Shown here piece by piece: positions 21,862 to 33,112 of a DNA stretch of 64,000 nucleotides. Both the position numbers and the translations under genes were made by a program. Source of the stretch: an uncultured delta proteobacterium (GTDB lineage: Bacteria; Myxococcota_A; Polyangia; Haliangiales; Haliangiaceae); contig CAVUQH010000003.1 of NCBI GenBank assembly GCA_963743525.1, positions 832,001 through 896,000 on the forward strand, given 5' to 3'. Position 1 is the stretch's first letter; each line of letters begins with the position of its first letter. The notes beneath the pieces were generated by a model. It was not told where the DNA came from. It saw only the letters and a program-made list of their open reading frames with translations, and did not search any database.

Positions 21862-22947
21862 TTATGGTACACGATTCCGCGGCGCGCCACGCTTGCGGAA
21901 CGAGCCCACGTCATCGCCGGAAAAGCCCGGGACGTGGCCCACGACGTCCAATCCCAGCCGTTCCACGTCCTCGGCTTCGTGGACTCGCGAGTCGAACGCG
22001 GCCACGCCAATCGCGCACAGAGGCAGGAGCACGAGGAACGCCATCACGCCCACCGCGGAGAGCAGCACCCACGTCTTGGCGGTCTGTTTCTCCGGCAGCC
22101 GCTCGTCGACGATCTCGAACGACAGGCCCATCTGTCTGCGCTCGGCGGCCATGCGCAGCTGCAGCACGCCGAGGGCGGACTCGGCTCGGGTCACCCGGTC
22201 GCTCTCGGCCTTGAGCTGGTGCTGAAGGCGATCCAGGGAGGCGGTGAGCTGGGCCACGCGGCCGTTGTCGTGACGCCTCTGCGCCTGGTTGCGGTCGATG
22301 ATCGTCTGGGTGACCTCGGTCTGTCGGGCCAGCAGTGAATCGCGCGCCCGATCGGTGGCGCGCTGCGCCTCGCCCAGGGCGTCGTTGGCCTGCTCCTGCC
22401 GCCGCTCGCTCTCGCTCTGGGCGACGATCTCGGCCAGGCGCCGGGCGACGCGGACCGCTCGGTCGGGATCCGGATCGCGGTAGACCACGCCGATGCGGGC
22501 AGAGCGCTGCGAGGTCGCGTAACCGCGGTCGTCGGCGAAGTAGTTGGTGTAGACGTTGACGTACATGTTGTTGCGCAGCTGCTTGATGGCCCACTCGTCG
22601 CCGCGCTTCTTGCGCCGCGGGTACAGGTCCAGGTCATTGATGACCTTCAGCAGGTGCGCGCGGGTGAACGCCAGCGCGTTGATGTAGTCGCGCAGCTCGT
22701 GCCGGGGCAGCGGCGAGCTCTCCTGGTTGAGCGCGCCTTCGGTCGCGCGCAGGATGACGCGCGCCTTGAACAGCGGCGTCTTGCGCGCGCGCATGCCGAC
22801 GACGGCGCCGGCCAAGAGGATCGTGCACAGGATGAAGCCGATCGGTCGCGACTTGGCCCGGCGCTTGAGCCGCTGCAGCTCGCGCACGACGTCGAGCCGC
22901 TGGCGCTCGGCCGCCATCCAGTCGCCGCGAGTGGCGCTGTCATCCAT
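21862..22947 (-). CDS. second Wzz/PCP-like chain-length protein
   Basis: Two TM segments, YRDPDPDRA, a coiled coil and FDSRVHEAEDVERLGLDVVGHVP. Confidence 0.75.
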   Translation of the reverse strand: MDDSATRGDWMAAERQRLDVVRELQRLKRRAKSRPIGFILCTILLAGAVVGMRARKTPLFKARVILRATEGALNQESSPLPRHELRDYINALAFTRAHLLKVINDLDLYPRRKKRGDEWAIKQLRNNMYVNVYTNYFADDRGYATSQRSARIGVVYRDPDPDRAVRVARRLAEIVAQSESERRQEQANDALGEAQRATDRARDSLLARQTEVTQTIIDRNQAQRRHDNGRVAQLTASLDRLQHQLKAESDRVTRAESALGVLQLRMAAERRQMGLSFEIVDERLPEKQTAKTWVLLSAVGVMAFLVLLPLCAIGVAAFDSRVHEAEDVERLGLDVVGHVPGFSGDDVGSFRKRGAPRNRVP

Positions 22948-24473
22948 GGCCGCACCGCCGGATGATCCGATCGATCAGCGTGCGTCGGGCCGTCTCCCAC
23001 ACCGCCTCGTCGCGCGGCCAGGCGGCGGCGCCCCGTCCCTCGGCCAGCGCCCGCGGGATCATCGCGCGGACCATGCCCGCAGCCTCGTCACCGCCGCCGC
23101 ACGACGCCAGCTTGCGCAACAGCAGCCGGTCCTGCAGCCCGCGGCGCAGCGCTTCCAGCCGCAGCGACGGCACGGCGCCGGGGTAGGCCAGCAGGCCGTC
23201 GCCATTGCCCCAGTCGGTGCCGCCTTTGCGCCGCTCGTCGAAGGTGATCGGAGTGGCCATCAGGTCCGTGGGCGCGTCGGCTTCGTTGTACCGGTCGGTG
23301 AAGTAAAGACCTTCCCAAGCGTACCACAGCTCCAGATCGTACCTTTCGCCGATCCAGCCCCACGTCCGCAGGGCCACGCCGTCGGTGTCGATGATCATCG
23401 AGCCGGCCTGGGGCGGCCGGCCGTTGTAGGTCCAGAAGGCCAGCGGCCGGCCGTCGCTGCGGCGCGCGTCCGCCGGCGGCGGCACGCTGCGCGGCGAGAT
23501 GAACGCGTTAACGTCATCTCCGTAGGACGGCCGCCACTGGTCGGTCACCGCGTGCAGGAGGTGCGGCCATCCACCGCCCGCCTCGCGGATGACTCGGCCG
23601 TTGGCGACCACTCGCGTCCGCGCCGCCGCGCCGTGCGGCTCGTCAACCGGGATGACGAACGGGATCTGCGGCAGGTCGCGGAAGATGTTGACCCAGCGGG
23701 CGACGTCGCGGGCCATCGCCGCGTGGTCGTCGGTGTGGATCCACACCGGCCAGTAACGCGCGTGGGTATCGAACAGCGGCTTGCGCGCGGCGAAGCGCTC
23801 GGGACTGGGATCGTTCATCAAGTAGGCGCCGTGGGCGCGGAACAGGTTGACGTAACGGCGCTCGAGCGCCAGCTCGGCGGCGCTGTCGTCGTCGGCCAGC
23901 CCGGCCGAGCGGGCGACCTCGGCCGCCGAGTACCAGACCCAGACCAGCGGCGACTCGTCCAGGTCGATCGTCACCGGCGCGATCGACAGGGTCACTGGAA
24001 AGCGCCGGTCGCCGACGGTCAGCGTGCCGGTGCGGTCGCCGGGCGCAGCATCGGCAGCGACGGCGACGTCGAAATAGGCGGTCGGTTGCGCGCGCACCGG
24101 CGCGGTCGCCGGATCGAGGCGGTCGGGATAGTCGCCCGGACCGCGGCTGGGGCCGAACATCTCGGTTGACGGCTCGCGCACCGTGGTGTAGCCGACGGTG
24201 AACGGCTGCACGGTCACGCCGTCACCGGCGAGAGTCAGGGCGACCTCGGCCGGCGACCGGACCAGCACCTGCAGGCCCAGGGTCTCGCCGCGCACGGCGC
24301 GCAAGCTGACCTGCTTGCCGTCGAAGAACGGCGAGGTCGCCGGCAGCGGATCGCCGCGCCGCAGCTTGGTCGAACTCGCCGACCACCTGCAGGTCGGGCT
24401 GGGCAGCGCGCCGCCCGCGATGGCCGCACGCGGCCGCCACCAGGAGCAGCGCCAGCGCCAGCCGCCGGCTCAC
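22940..24473 (-). CDS. DUF4091/GH123-like glycoside hydrolase lipoprotein; +1 frameshift at about 24373
   Basis: GTGA-coupled start, lipobox LVAAAC, VRGETLG, VDEP and NGDGLLAYPG...SLRLEALRRGLQD motifs. Confidence 0.7.
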
Positions 24474-25624
24474 GCCCGCCCCGCCACCGCCCCGGCGAGC
24501 ACGTCGTACAGCCGCCCGGCGCTCTGGTCCCAGGTGCCGGCGCTGCCCTCGTCGGCCACTGCGGCCGGGTCGTAGTCGCGCCCCGCCGCGCGCACCAGCG
24601 CGGTCGCCAGTTGATCGGGCCGGCGCGGCTCGACCAGCTCGCCCAGGTTGTCGCTGCCGACGATGTCGGGGACGCCGCCGACCGCGCTGGCGACCACCCG
24701 CCGCCCGCACGCCAGCGCCTCGAGCACGACGTTGGGCGTGCCTTCGGCCCAGCTGGGCAGTACCAGCAGATGGCACGCGGCCATCCACGTGGGCACTTCG
24801 TCGAGCGGACGCGGTCCGGCGACCAGCACCCGCCCGGGCAGCCGCGCGGCGGTCTCCTCGCACGCCGGCCGCTCGGCGCCGCCGCCGACGATGGCCAGGC
24901 ACAGGTCGTCCCGCTCGGCGGCCGCCTGCTCGAACCCGGCCAGGAGATCGAGCACGCCCTTGCTGTCCTTGAGGTTGCCGACGTAGAGCAGCCAGCGCCG
25001 ATCCGACGCCAGCCCCAGCGCCGCCTGTGCCTCGGCGCGGTCGCGCACGCGGAACTTGTCGCCGTCGACGCCGTTCATCACCAGGTGCACGCGCGCCGGA
25101 TCGACGCCGAGGGCGCACGCGCGTTCGGCCAGCGCCCGGCTGACCGCGATCACCGCGTCGGCCCGGGGCAGGGCGCGGCGCAAGATCGCCCGCGGCCCGC
25201 GCAGCTCGGCGACCACGTTCAGGTCGCTGCCGTGCAGCTTGACCACGGACGGCACGCCCAGCAGTCGGGCCAGCGCGATCGCGGCCACCCCGTCGGGGTA
25301 GGCCCACGATCCCAGGACCACGTCACATCGCCCGCGGTAGGCGGCTGCGGCCGGCGCGATCGACGCCAGATAGAGCGCCGGCGCCAGCGCATGACCGACC
25401 CGCGGCAGGTACAGCGTGCGCGGGTGGCCGACGGTGAGGCCGTCGATCACCTCGTGGCGAGGGATGGCGCGCTTGTCCCGGGCCAGCCCGGGAAACCATG
25501 GAATGGTCGCCAGCACCTCGACCTCGCACCGTCGCGACAGCGCCGCCAGCTGCTGGCGGTTGAACGGGGCCGAGTGGGGTTCGAGCGCGTTGGGGAAGAT
25601 CTTGGTGACGGCCAGGACGCGCAC
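24470..25624 (-). CDS. glycosyltransferase family 4 (TuaC-like)
   Basis: WAYPDG, KLHGSD, NGVD and EGTPNVVLEALACG motifs. Confidence 0.9.
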   Translation of the reverse strand: MRVLAVTKIFPNALEPHSAPFNRQQLAALSRRCEVEVLATIPWFPGLARDKRAIPRHEVIDGLTVGHPRTLYLPRVGHALAPALYLASIAPAAAAYRGRCDVVLGSWAYPDGVAAIALARLLGVPSVVKLHGSDLNVVAELRGPRAILRRALPRADAVIAVSRALAERACALGVDPARVHLVMNGVDGDKFRVRDRAEAQAALGLASDRRWLLYVGNLKDSKGVLDLLAGFEQAAAERDDLCLAIVGGGAERPACEETAARLPGRVLVAGPRPLDEVPTWMAACHLLVLPSWAEGTPNVVLEALACGRRVVASAVGGVPDIVGSDNLGELVEPRRPDQLATALVRAAGRDYDPAAVADEGSAGTWDQSAGRLYDVLAGAVAGRA

Positions 25625-25636
25625 GGCGCCCGCACC

Positions 25637-25942
25637 CTACATCGAAAAGACGCGATCCATCCGCAGCAGCTTGAAGATCGCCAGCGGTTGGTCGCGTGCA
25701 CCGGTTACCGACACCCGACCGCCGTGCGCGCGGATGCGCTTGTACAGGGCGACGATGGCGGCGACGCCGGAGCTGTCGATGATGTCGAGATCGGACAGGT
25801 CAACCTCGACCTTCGATGGCTTTTCATCGACGAGCGTATCGATCGTCGGCAACAGCTCGGGTGCGGTAACCGCATCGAGGTGCCCGCCGATGCGCAGGAC
25901 GACCTGCTCGTCGGAGTCGGTTCTGGAGAAGCTGATCGGCAC
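25637..25942 (-). CDS. STAS-domain anti-anti-sigma factor (RsbV/SpoIIAA-like)
   Basis: GHLDA and VDLSDLDIIDSSG (phospho-acceptor Ser motif). Confidence 0.9.
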   Translation of the reverse strand: MPISFSRTDSDEQVVLRIGGHLDAVTAPELLPTIDTLVDEKPSKVEVDLSDLDIIDSSGVAAIVALYKRIRAHGGRVSVTGARDQPLAIFKLLRMDRVFSM

Positions 25943-26036
25943 GTCTATGTCCCTGTACGGTCGGGGTCAGGCAATGATTCCCTGACTGTGGGTCTGTAAT
26001 CCATCTCGCCGCCAAGTGGAAGCTACGGGACCAGGT

Positions 26037-26537
26037 TCACGCATCGGATTCTGCGCGGCTCGCGGTCGCGGCTGACGCTTGTTCGCTGGCCGGGACCGCG
26101 TACTTGGTAAGCCGCCAAACATTGGGTGGCCCCGGCTCGTACGACAGCTCGTCGACGAACGACTTGGCGATGTGAATGCCCAGGCCGTGGTCGGGGAGGG
26201 TATCGAGGGCCGGCTCCGGCACCTCCTCGAGATGGAACGGGGTTCCGCTGTCGGTGATCTGCAGGGTGATTCCTTCCTTGGACACCCACATCACCGTCTC
26301 GACGTTGCCGTGGCGGAGGGCGTAGCTGTGGAGAACGACATTGTTGAAGATTTCGGAGAAGGCCGAGACCAGCTTGGCGTCGAAATCCGAGGACAGATCC
26401 AGCCCCTCGGTGGGCGCCCACCCGGCCCCCATCGCCCCTCGCGCCAGGCGGCAGGCGGCGGCGACCGCGCGCACGGCGACTTCGCGGTATTCCAGCCGAC
26501 CCGGGACCGTGAGTCGGATTGTGCCCACGTCGCTCAC
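26037..26537 (-). CDS. anti-sigma factor Ser kinase (RsbW-like HATPase_c)
   Basis: SEIFNNVVLHSY, ITDSG.PF and GLGIHIAKSFVDE motifs. Confidence 0.85.
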   Translation of the reverse strand: MSDVGTIRLTVPGRLEYREVAVRAVAAACRLARGAMGAGWAPTEGLDLSSDFDAKLVSAFSEIFNNVVLHSYALRHGNVETVMWVSKEGITLQITDSGTPFHLEEVPEPALDTLPDHGLGIHIAKSFVDELSYEPGPPNVWRLTKYAVPASEQASAATASRAESDA

Positions 26538-26602
26538 TCGCTCACATGGTAGCAGACACCGATGCGCCAGGGCCGCGGCATTGTGTTAGTTTCGGCCGGA
26601 TC

Positions 26603-27334
26603 GTGCTGCAGAGCGTCCGTCTAGCCAAACGAGCGATCGACATCGCCGGGTCTCTGGTCGGTCTGGCCATTGCCGGCCCGATGATTCCGGTCATTGCCGC
26701 GGCGATCCGTCTCGACTCACCCGGGCCGATCTTCTACCGCCAGCGGCGCGCGGGAACCCTGCGCGGTATCGAGCGCGTCAATGGATCTCGTCGCTTCATC
26801 TTCGACGAGTTCTCGATGCACAAGTTCCGCACCATGCGGCAGAACGCCGAAAAGGGGACCGGCGCCGTGCTGGCGTCCAAGGACGACGACCGCATCACCC
26901 GCGTCGGCCGGTTCCTGCGCAAGACGCGCCTCGACGAGCTGCCGCAGCTCCTCGATGTGCTGCGCGGCGAGATGAGCCTGGTCGGTCCGCGCCCCGAGCG
27001 CCCCGAGCTGATCTCCAACCTGGCGTTCGCCATTCCGTTCTTCGAGGAGCGGATGCGCGACGTCAAGCCGGGCATCACCGGACTGGCGCAGGTGTCCCTG
27101 GGCTACCAGGGCGAGGTGCCCGAGAACAGCGAGATCGCCCAGCTGGCGGATACGCTGCAAAACCCGTTCGGTCTCGAAGAGACCCGCGGCGCCCTGGCCG
27201 ACGACATGCGCATGAAGCTGCTCTACGACCTGGCCTACTCGGCGTCGCTGGAGAAGCTGACGACCTACCTGGCAACCGAGCTGCGCATCATCGTCAAGAC
27301 GCCGCTGGTGATGCTCCGGGGAGTCGGGCGCTGA
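26603..27334 (+). CDS. priming polyprenyl-phosphate sugar transferase (WcaJ/EpsZ-like)
   Basis: KRAIDI, SPGPIFYRQ, KFRTM, RLDELPQL, GEMSLVGPRPE and KPGITGLAQ motifs. Confidence 0.9.
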   Translation: MLQSVRLAKRAIDIAGSLVGLAIAGPMIPVIAAAIRLDSPGPIFYRQRRAGTLRGIERVNGSRRFIFDEFSMHKFRTMRQNAEKGTGAVLASKDDDRITRVGRFLRKTRLDELPQLLDVLRGEMSLVGPRPERPELISNLAFAIPFFEERMRDVKPGITGLAQVSLGYQGEVPENSEIAQLADTLQNPFGLEETRGALADDMRMKLLYDLAYSASLEKLTTYLATELRIIVKTPLVMLRGVGR

Positions 27335-27339
27335 GCCCG

Positions 27340-28461
27340 ATGACCATCGCCCACGTCCTGTCGTCGTTTGGAATGGGCGGACAGGAGCGGGTCGCGCTCG
27401 ATCTGGCGGTCGGCCAGCAGGCGGCCGGCCATCGGGTGATGGCCGTGACCCTGGAGTCGGGCGACGAGGGACCGCTGGGCGCCGAGTTTCGCGCCCACGG
27501 CGCCGAGGTGGCGCACCTGCGCAAACGGCCGGGCTTCGACGCGTCACTGATTTTGCGCCTGCGCCGGCTGTTTCGCGAGCACCGGGTTTCGGTGGTGCAC
27601 ACCCACAACCCGCAGCCGCTGATCTATGGAGGGCCGGCGGCGCGCGCCAGCGGCGCGGTGCTGGTCCACACCAAGCACGGCGTCAACCCGGACAGCGATC
27701 GCCGGCTGTGGATGAAGCGGGCCGCCGGGCTGCTGGTCAACGCGTTCGTCGCCGTCTCCGAGCCGACGGCCAACGTCGCGCGGCAGACGCGCGAGTGTCG
27801 CCCGGGGCGACTGCACGTCATCACCAACGGCATCGATCTGTCGCGCTTCGGCCCCGACGACGAGGCGCGCTCTGCCGTGCGCGCCGAGCTGGGCATCCCC
27901 GGCGACGCGTTCGTGGTCGGCACCGTCGGTCGGCTCGGTCCGGAAAAGGCGCACCCGTACTTCTTGCGCTCGGTCGGTCCGCTGCTCGGTCCCGACTTCC
28001 ACGTGATCATCGCCGGCGGTGGCGCCGAGGCCGAGCGGATCGCCGAGGTCGCCCGCGGGTTGCCGGTGCCGTCGTCGGTGCACCTGCTGGGCATGCGCCG
28101 AGACGTGCCGCGGGTGCTGGCGGCGTTCGATCTGTTCGCGCTGACCTCGGTCAGCGAAGGGCTGCCGCTGGTCATTCCCGAGGCGATGGCCACCGAGCTA
28201 CCCGTGGTGTCGACCGCCGTCGGCGGCATTCCCCAGGTGGTCATCGACGGCGAGACCGGCCTCCTGGTCAACTCCGGCGACGAGGCCGGGCTGCGCGATG
28301 CGGTCGCGCGGCTGGCCGGCGACCGCGCGCTGGCCGCAACCTTCGCTCGCGCCGGTCGCGATCGCGCGCTGTCCCGCTACTCGAGCCAGCGGATGGTCAA
28401 CGACTATCTCGGCCTCTACCGCGACTGCATGTCGCGCCGCGGCATCGACGTCGCCGCGTAA
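27340..28461 (+). CDS. glycosyltransferase family 4
   Basis: GGQER, VVHTH, NGID and EGLPLVIPEAMA motifs. Confidence 0.9.
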   Translation: MTIAHVLSSFGMGGQERVALDLAVGQQAAGHRVMAVTLESGDEGPLGAEFRAHGAEVAHLRKRPGFDASLILRLRRLFREHRVSVVHTHNPQPLIYGGPAARASGAVLVHTKHGVNPDSDRRLWMKRAAGLLVNAFVAVSEPTANVARQTRECRPGRLHVITNGIDLSRFGPDDEARSAVRAELGIPGDAFVVGTVGRLGPEKAHPYFLRSVGPLLGPDFHVIIAGGGAEAERIAEVARGLPVPSSVHLLGMRRDVPRVLAAFDLFALTSVSEGLPLVIPEAMATELPVVSTAVGGIPQVVIDGETGLLVNSGDEAGLRDAVARLAGDRALAATFARAGRDRALSRYSSQRMVNDYLGLYRDCMSRRGIDVAA

Positions 28462-28559
28462 CCCCCAGGGGAGCCGTTGTGCGGGTGGCCGCAACCGGCG
28501 GTGTGCAGGATCCGTACAGTTGCCGGGCCACGGTTCCGGGAGTTAGCGGGGATTGCGTC

Positions 28560-28575
28560 TGGTCCGGTGGTTGCA
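28560..28575 (+). promoter_or_regulatory. putative sigma54 promoter
   Basis: TGGTCCggtggTTGCA has GG-N10-GC spacing, upstream of ATG 28589. Confidence 0.45.
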
Positions 28576-28588
28576 CGAGTATCCCCCC

Positions 28589-29989
28589 ATGCGGTTCTTC
28601 GGGGTCATGGTCGCCGTGCTGGCGCTGTCTGCCTGTCAATTCGACCAGGGCGGCCTCGGCTTCGGCGCCGATGACGGCGGCACCAACGGCGCCGACGCCC
28701 GCCGACCCGGCGACGGCGGTGCGACGGTCAACGCCGGCGGTGCCGACGCCCGCCCCGGTCCCGACGCCAACGGCACCTGCACCAGCGCGTGCGTCAACGC
28801 CACCCAGTTTCGCGACTGCAGTCAGGGCGGCGCCGTCATCGACTGCCCGCTCGGCTGCGGCGGCGGCGTGGCCGACCCGCACTGCCAGGAGATGGTGCCG
28901 TCCAACGGCGTAACCCGTGCGGATCTGTCCGGCGTCACCAAGGGGCTGGTCGTGCCCAAGAACAAGACCGGCTTCGTCAACGTCGACACCGGCGAGATCA
29001 TCGTCAACGGCAACACCGTGCGCGACGCCGGCAACGGCATCGACGCCGGCATCGGCTACTTCCAGCGCGGCGGCCTGGCGGTGTTCGCGCTGAGCAGCGT
29101 GAGCCTCGGCGAGGGCTCGTCGGTCCGCCTCAGCGGCAACCGCCCGGTCATCCTGCTCAGCGACGGCGATGTATCGATCGACGGCGGCACCCTGGATCTG
29201 ACGGGTGGTTGCTTCAACTCGACCGAAACCACCTGCGGCGGCGCGGGCGGCGGCAACGGCGCCTTCGGTACGTTCGGCGCCAGCGGCTGTGGACCGGGCG
29301 GCAACGGCACCGGCGGCAACAACGGCCCCGAGGCTGGTGGCGGCGGTGGCGGCATGGGCGCGGTCGGCGCCAAGGGCGGTGACGGCGACGGCACCCGGCC
29401 GGGCGGCAGCGGCGGCATCATCACCTCGTGCCCGGGCCCGACGCTGGTTCCGCTGGGCGGCGGCTCCGGCGGCGGTCGCGGCGGCGGCGGCGATCAGCTC
29501 GGCGGCAACGGCGGTGGCGGCGGTGGCGGCGTGCAGATCTCTTCGTTCACCAGCATCAGCCTGACCAAGGCCGGACCCAAGCGCGGCGCCATCGATGCCG
29601 GTGGCTCCGGCGGCTCGGGCAACGACGGCAACGGCGGCGGTGGTGCTGGCAGCGGCGGCGGCATCCTGCTCGAGGCCCCGTCGATCACCGTCTCCAACGC
29701 CACCCTGGCGGCCAACGGCGGCGGCGGCGGCGACGGCGGCGGCGGCACCGACGGCGAGAGCGGCACCCTGACCACCCAGCCGGCCGCGGGCGGCACCGGC
29801 GGCAATCCGGGTGGTGACGGCGGCGCCCTCAACGACGCGGCGCAGCCCGGCACGGGACCGACCGACGGCGGCGGTGGCGGCGGTGCCGGTGTCGGCATCA
29901 TCCGCCTCAACGTGCCGGCCTCCGGCCTGTCGCTGTCGGGCGAGATCATCAGCCCGGCGCACACCCGCGGCGACCTCTCGGTTCAGTAG
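28589..29989 (+). CDS. glycine-rich secreted lipoprotein
   Basis: Lipobox LALSAC; Cys-rich segment; GGGSGG/GGGAGSGGGILLEA repeats. Confidence 0.75.
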   Translation: MRFFGVMVAVLALSACQFDQGGLGFGADDGGTNGADARRPGDGGATVNAGGADARPGPDANGTCTSACVNATQFRDCSQGGAVIDCPLGCGGGVADPHCQEMVPSNGVTRADLSGVTKGLVVPKNKTGFVNVDTGEIIVNGNTVRDAGNGIDAGIGYFQRGGLAVFALSSVSLGEGSSVRLSGNRPVILLSDGDVSIDGGTLDLTGGCFNSTETTCGGAGGGNGAFGTFGASGCGPGGNGTGGNNGPEAGGGGGGMGAVGAKGGDGDGTRPGGSGGIITSCPGPTLVPLGGGSGGGRGGGGDQLGGNGGGGGGGVQISSFTSISLTKAGPKRGAIDAGGSGGSGNDGNGGGGAGSGGGILLEAPSITVSNATLAANGGGGGDGGGGTDGESGTLTTQPAAGGTGGNPGGDGGALNDAAQPGTGPTDGGGGGGAGVGIIRLNVPASGLSLSGEIISPAHTRGDLSVQ

Positions 29990-30135
29990 CCGGGCGCACG
30001 GGGCCGGCTCGGACGTGGCCCGAATCACGCCCGGAGCGGCGAAATCCGCTGTGCCGGATAGGCACAGTGAGCCGGATCCGGCCTCGGTGGCCACTATACT
30101 GTGAGCCGCGTTCTACTGGGAAAGGGAGTCCGTCT

Positions 30136-31148
30136 ATGAAGAAGCTAGCGTCGTTGCTGTTCGTGTTGGTGGTGGGAGCCTGTGGCAGTAGCTCGAACAA
30201 TCCATCCAACGGCGCAGACGGCGGCGGAGCGGCGGCCCCGACGGGTCGGTCGACGGTGCGTACACCATCACCTGGGGACCGCGGACCATCCCGGCCGGGC
30301 AGGAAGACACGCTGTGCGTGATCAAGAAGCTCGACAACACCGGGCAGCTGCACATCGGCGCGATCCACAACGTGCTCGGCAGCGTGTCCCACCACTTCAT
30401 CGTCTACCGCGTGGCCGATCAGCCCGAGCAGCCGGATCCGTTCAAGTGCCAGCCGTTCACCGAGACGATCGATCCGACGAAGGGATCGCCGCTGATGATC
30501 ACGCAGAAGTTCGACGAGACCCTCACGCTGCCCCAGGGCGTGGCGTTCACCTTCGAGCCCAACCAGACCATTCGTCTCGAGCTGCACTTCATCAACACCA
30601 CCGACACCGATCAGGAAGAGACGGCGACCTCGACCTTCATTCCGATCGCCGACGGCGACTTCCAGTACGAGGCCGACTTCCTGTTCATCGGCAACCCGGA
30701 CATCACGCTGGCCCCCGGGCCGAACACCCTCGGCCCGACCTACTTCCCGCTGCCGACCGAGCTGGCCGGCTCCAACTTCTTCGCCCTGACCGGTCACGAG
30801 CACCAGTGGGGTACCAGCGTTACCGTGGCGACCACGACTGGCCCCTCGGGCGCGGACACCTCGGTGTACGACGTGCCCAACTTCAACTGGGACGAGCCGG
30901 CCACCGTCTACCACGATCCACCGTTCCAGGTGCCCGCGGGCGGAGGCTTCCGCTTCACCTGCGACTGGGACAACAAGAGCGGCACCACCGTGAATTTCGG
31001 CGAGAGCGCCAACGACGAGATGTGCTTCTTCTGGGCCTACTACTACCCCAGCAAGGGCGCCAAGGTGTGCGTGCACACCGATCAGATTGGCAGCTTCGAC
31101 CTGTGCTGTCCGGGCCCCGCGCTCTGCAGCCAGATCTTCGGCAACTGA
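30136..31148 (+). CDS. copper type II (PHM/DBH-like) monooxygenase lipoprotein; apparent 1-nt deletion at about 30227
   Basis: GGGAG RBS; lipobox VVGAC; SHHF, LHFIN, HEH and DEMC Cu-ligand motifs. Confidence 0.75.
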
Positions 31149-31282
31149 TCTAGCTCATCTTCGTGGATGCGGCGACGAGGGGAATCCCTCCGTCCCGACC
31201 AGTGGGCAACCGCATCTGCGTTCGTTCCGATAATTGGGGGCATACCGTCGCGGCGACATGGTAGTCGTCGCGACTCGCCCAC

Positions 31283-31640
31283 GTGATGGTGTGCTCCTGT
31301 CATCAGAAGGATCCCCTCTACTGCGATGAGGCGACCTCTTGTGAACAGGGCCACTCCGCCTGCGACCTTGCTGGCGTCTGCCCGGGCTCAGACTTCGTCA
31401 AAAACACCTGCATTCCCGGCAACGAGGTTTGCTGGGACGCAGGGCCTTCTTCAGTCGTCAACGGCGGGATGCCGGACGCGATGACGGTAGATGGTGGCCC
31501 GGCCAGCGTCAACGCAACAAACCTGACGAAGTCGGCGGTAGACGATGCCTATCCGACCTGGACCAACGACGGGAGGCTCATCTATCAGTACTATGCAGGC
31601 CAAACCGCTGGCTGGCCGCGCACCAGCGCTGATCGTTCGC
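31283..31640 (+). pseudogene. truncated Cys-rich lipoprotein / TolB(PD40)-like fragment
   Basis: Cys-rich N-part and one NLTK...DDAYPTWTNDG repeat, after which the frame runs into the antisense strand of the next gene. More A/T-ending codons than the flanking genes. Confidence 0.35.
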
Positions 31641-31641
31641 G

Positions 31642-33024
<1,383 letters not shown>

Positions 33025-33112
33025 GGCGGCAGTGTACTGTCGGCGCGCTCCGGGGGAGGGCGTCGGCCGCGGTTTTTCTGCATCTGCCAGGCGGCGGGCG
33101 TAAGGTATGGAC

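Noticed and set aside
29230..29900. GGC-rich repetitive DNA as a repeat array or CRISPR
   Set aside because: It is poly-Gly coding sequence, with no fixed repeat-spacer period and no cas genes.
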